This document shows positions 60,908 through 64,000 of a stretch of DNA of 64,000 bases, in pieces. The notes under the pieces are model-generated. The model had not been told where the DNA came from, made no database searches, and saw only the letters and a program-made list of their open reading frames with translations. The stretch's first letter is position 1. The number at the start of each line of letters is the position of its first letter. The stretch is from NCBI GenBank assembly GCA_030141605.1, contig JAQGDQ010000440.1, forward strand, positions 123,550 through 187,549, written 5' to 3'. The stretch comes from Tubiluchus corallicola. Its lineage: Eukaryota; Animalia; Priapulida. The translations under genes and the position numbers were made by a program.

Positions 60908-62160
60908 ATGATAAAAATAAATCCTGCTGGTTTAGCTTCATGTAAAAAAATAACCAAGCGGGTAAGACCGTATAGCTATACCTTACTAATTCTCCTGAGC
61001 TACTTCCAATTAATTGGACAAGAGAAAACAGCACAAGAAAAAGAGAGCCTTATAACCATTAATGACCTATTTAACGACATTCACGAAAAAATGGGATACC
61101 GCTTTTTTTATAGTGAGGAAATAGTAGATTTGGAAAATCTGATTGCCCTGGACATAGAAGGCAAAGAAGTGCAGACTATTATTCAGGAACTAAAGCAAAA
61201 AACAAACCTTGATTTCAAAATCCTGGAAAACAAGTTAATTATTGTAGTGTCATCAGAGAAAGAACAGCAAAAAAATGTAGTAACGGGAAAAGTTTATTCC
61301 TCCACCGATAAGTTGGGAATAGCTGGCGTAAACGTGTTTGTCAAAGGAACAACAACCGGTACAATTACAGATGCTAACGGAGAGTATGCTCTGGAAGTGG
61401 ATGACAGATATATCATAATGGTATTTTCATTCATAGGATTTGAAACCCGTGAAATAGCACTAAACGGACAATCTCAACTGGATATTGAGTTGAATGAAAA
61501 CATGGAAGGCCTGGCAGAAGTGATGGTTACCGCGCTGAATATATCCAGGGATAAGAACTCTCTTGGCTATTCGGTAACCCAGCTTGACGGTGACGACATA
61601 AACAGGACAAAAGAGAACAATGTGATTAGCAGCATGACTGGTAAGGTAGCTGGATTGCAGATTACAAAAGCCCCTACAGGCGTAGATGGCTCCACGCGTG
61701 TGGTATTACGTGGAATAAACTCGCTCACAGGCAATAACCGCCCACTGGTAGTTGTAGATGGTATCCCCATAAATGCTGGATATGGCGGAGCAGGCCAATG
61801 GGGTGGGAAAGATATGGGGGATGCACTATCTGACCTAAATGCTGAAGATATTGAAAGCTACAGCATATTAAAAGGAGCAGGTGCTGCAGCCGCATATGGG
61901 TCCAGAGGTGCAAATGGTGTGATCTTAATCACAACCAAAAAAGGTGCTAAAAGCGATAGGATAGGAATATCAGTAAGCTCCTCCTATCAAGTAGAAACGC
62001 CAATGGTATACCCTGATTTTCAAAATGAATACGGGCATGGCGCATTTGGGCAATACCCTACCAAAATGAACCCTAACGATATATCAGATACACCCATCCC
62101 GTGGAGCTGGAGCTGGGGACCACGTATGGACGGGAAAGACAGGCTTGACTTTGTAGGCAA
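60908..62160 (+). pseudogene. susC: SusC/RagA TonB-dependent transporter, truncated by an IS (barrel missing)
   Basis: STN-like, carboxypeptidase-like and plug domains (YGSRGANGVILITTK); ORF runs into the IS end at 62161. Confidence 0.88.
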
Positions 62161-62245
62161 TGTAAATCTTCAGCTTAATTCGGACAAATTGGTTTAAAAA
62201 TTAAGAGAGACATTTCTTAAATTATAACCAATAAAAACGAGTAAG

Positions 62246-62596
62246 ATGAAGGCAAAAAAACAGACTACCGAACAAAAGGTAAAAGAGATTAAGAGACACC
62301 CGAGGAAGAAGTAATCAGCTGAAGAAAAAATCAGGATTGTACTAGAGGGCATGCGTGGCGAATATAGCATTGCCGAGTTATGCCGAAAAGAAGGCATCAA
62401 CGCGAACCTTTATTATAAGTGGAGTAAAGATTTTATGGAAGCTGGCAAAAAACGCCTTGCAGGTGACATTAAACGGGAAGCTACATCGGGCGAAGTAAAC
62501 GGTTTAAAGAACGAGAACCACGACCTAAAGCAGCTTGTAGCAGAGCTGAGTTTGGAAGTACGCATGCTTAAAAAAAGCTTAACTGGAACCGAGTAA
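62246..62596 (+). pseudogene. IS3-family OrfA with an in-frame TAA at 62312-62314
   Basis: MKAKK...RKK*SAEEKIRIVLEG..SIAELCRKEGI HTH. Confidence 0.8.
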
Positions 62597-62607
62597 CTTA
62601 TAAATAT

Positions 62608-63579
62608 ATGAGACGAAGCGCCAGTGAAAAGATGGAAATTATCCGTATTGTTCAAGATTCGGAATTCGGAGTTAAGCGCACACTTGAAGAACTTGACATC
62701 AGCCGAAGTACCTTTTACGAGTGGTACAAACGCTTCCTTGAGGGAGGATATGATGCACTCAAGCCCAAGCCGGTAAAACGCAAAAAGTTCTGGAACAAGA
62801 TATCCAACAAAGAACGAGAACTGGTTTTAGACACCGCTTTGGAACGTACAGATTTATCGCCTAGGGAACTAGCCCACCACATCACCGACCATCAAAAGTG
62901 GTTTATCAGCGAAACCAGCGTATATCGGATTCTCAAAGAGCAAGGGCTAATCACATCTCCTGCGTGGCTTTTAATGGCTGCATCCGATGATTTTAAAGAT
63001 AAGACCACGCGTGTGCACCAGCAATGGCAAACCGATTTTACCTACTTTAAAATCATTGGATGGGGCTGGTATTATTTGGCTACCGTAATGGACGATTATT
63101 CAAGTTATATCGTCACCTGGGAGCTTTGCCAAAGCATTGAGTCGGCCGATGCCAAGCATGTTATTCAAAAGGCTTTACATACGGCCAAAATACCTGCAGG
63201 CGATTGTCCCAGGTTACTCTCCGATAATGGAGCGTGCTACATATCAAACGAGTTTCAAAGCTTTTTAAAAGACACCAAAATGGGACATTTACGTGGAGCC
63301 CCATACCACCCTCAAACACAAGGGAAAATTGAGCGTTACCACCGCACCATGAAAAATCAGGTAAAGTTGGATAACTACTACTTTCCTGATGAACTAATGA
63401 CGGTTCTACAGGAGTTTGTATATAATTACAACAACCACCGGTATCATGAATCACTCAAGAATGTTACACCTGCCGACGTGTATTTTGGAAGGCAAAAACA
63501 GGTACTGGGCAATCGTGAAAATATTAAAATAAAAACGCTAAATGAAAAAAGAAAAAGGAATCAGAAAATCGCAGTGTAG
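62608..63579 (+). CDS. IS3-family OrfB DDE transposase
   Basis: WQTDFTY, SDNG, GKIERYHR, YNNHRYHESL..TP; in the -1 frame relative to orfA. Confidence 0.92.
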   Translation: MRRSASEKMEIIRIVQDSEFGVKRTLEELDISRSTFYEWYKRFLEGGYDALKPKPVKRKKFWNKISNKERELVLDTALERTDLSPRELAHHITDHQKWFISETSVYRILKEQGLITSPAWLLMAASDDFKDKTTRVHQQWQTDFTYFKIIGWGWYYLATVMDDYSSYIVTWELCQSIESADAKHVIQKALHTAKIPAGDCPRLLSDNGACYISNEFQSFLKDTKMGHLRGAPYHPQTQGKIERYHRTMKNQVKLDNYYFPDELMTVLQEFVYNYNNHRYHESLKNVTPADVYFGRQKQVLGNRENIKIKTLNEKRKRNQKIAV

Positions 63580-63720
63580 CACTTTTGATTTATTGAAAAC
63601 TCTGCGAGTTTCCAACAAGTCAACAGTGAATTATCATCACCATAAAAAAGAGAATTTGAATTATAAAACTATCTCTTAACTTTAAGCATCAATTTGTCCA
63701 ATAAGTTTTGAAGTTAAACA

Positions 63721-63792
63721 CTGAGGAAAAATTTTATAAATGAAGATTTTGATAAAAGTGTTAATAAAAAGATAAGCTCTGAAAAAGCCTTC
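63721..63792 (+). repeat. Family A element, left end removed at the IS junction
   Basis: tgaggaaaaattt...ttaataaaaagataagctctgaaaaagccttc. Confidence 0.7.
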
Positions 63793-63820
63793 TGTTTTTT
63801 TAACACCTGAAGATGATTTA

Positions 63821-63848
63821 GTTTTTAGTTTTTAGTTTTTAGTTTTTA
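63821..63848. repeat. Heptamer tandem repeat (gttttta) x4
   Basis: Read directly from the sequence. Confidence 0.9.
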
Positions 63849-63851
63849 ATC

Positions 63852-63990
63852 GAGGCCTTTGTAAAGCAAAATTTTGATTTATATTGAGGAAAGATTCAAT
63901 GATAAACTACTCCTTAATTATTACAAGTGATGGTTTTGAAAAGAGTTTTGACGAAAATATTAACAAAAAGATAAGCTTTGCAAAAGCCCC
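63852..63990 (+). repeat. Family A element
   Basis: gaggcctttgtaaagc ... gctttgcaaaagcccc. Confidence 0.9.
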
Positions 63991-64000
63991 GATTAGTATT

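Larger units (their letters stand above)
62161..63720 (+). mobile_element. IS3-family insertion sequence, 1560 bp
   Basis: TG...CA ends with imperfect TIRs sharing ggacaaattg; orfA/orfB arrangement. Confidence 0.92.

Noticed and set aside
6380-63990. Family A as a CRISPR array or as simple terminators
   Set aside because: Copies are dispersed, too long and too divergent, with no spacers or cas genes. Many sit upstream of genes or between divergent genes.

Overview
Chromosomal segment of an anaerobic Bacteroidota (Bacteroidales/Marinilabiliales-like). This assignment rests on TAnnTTTG promoters, an ECF-FecR-SusC module, a GH109 and a Bacteroidota-type S16. Most of the window is housekeeping: prs-rplY-pth-hslR, trpS, gcvH, mutL with two rhomboids, a Na+-pumping methylmalonyl-CoA decarboxylase operon with epimerase and CoA-transferase, dusB, dacB, mlaEF, HU, mtaB, an AddA-like helicase-nuclease, rpsP-rimM and tRNA-Ser(TGA). 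The main unexplained signal is non-coding. About 20 diverged copies of a ~125-140 bp hairpin element with terminal inverted repeats (family A) occupy many of the larger intergenic gaps, 16 of them in the same orientation. A second ~380 bp element (family B) occurs twice, and one copy carries a third 124 bp palindromic element inserted with a TTA duplication. Other mobile or decayed DNA: an IS3-family element with a nonsense codon that truncates susC, a 245 bp mini-IS256, an IS3/AraC/VOC relic islet at tRNA-Ser, a frameshifted transglutaminase-like gene with attC-like flanks, and a perfect 46 bp palindrome. All alignments were made by eye; repeat boundaries are approximate.
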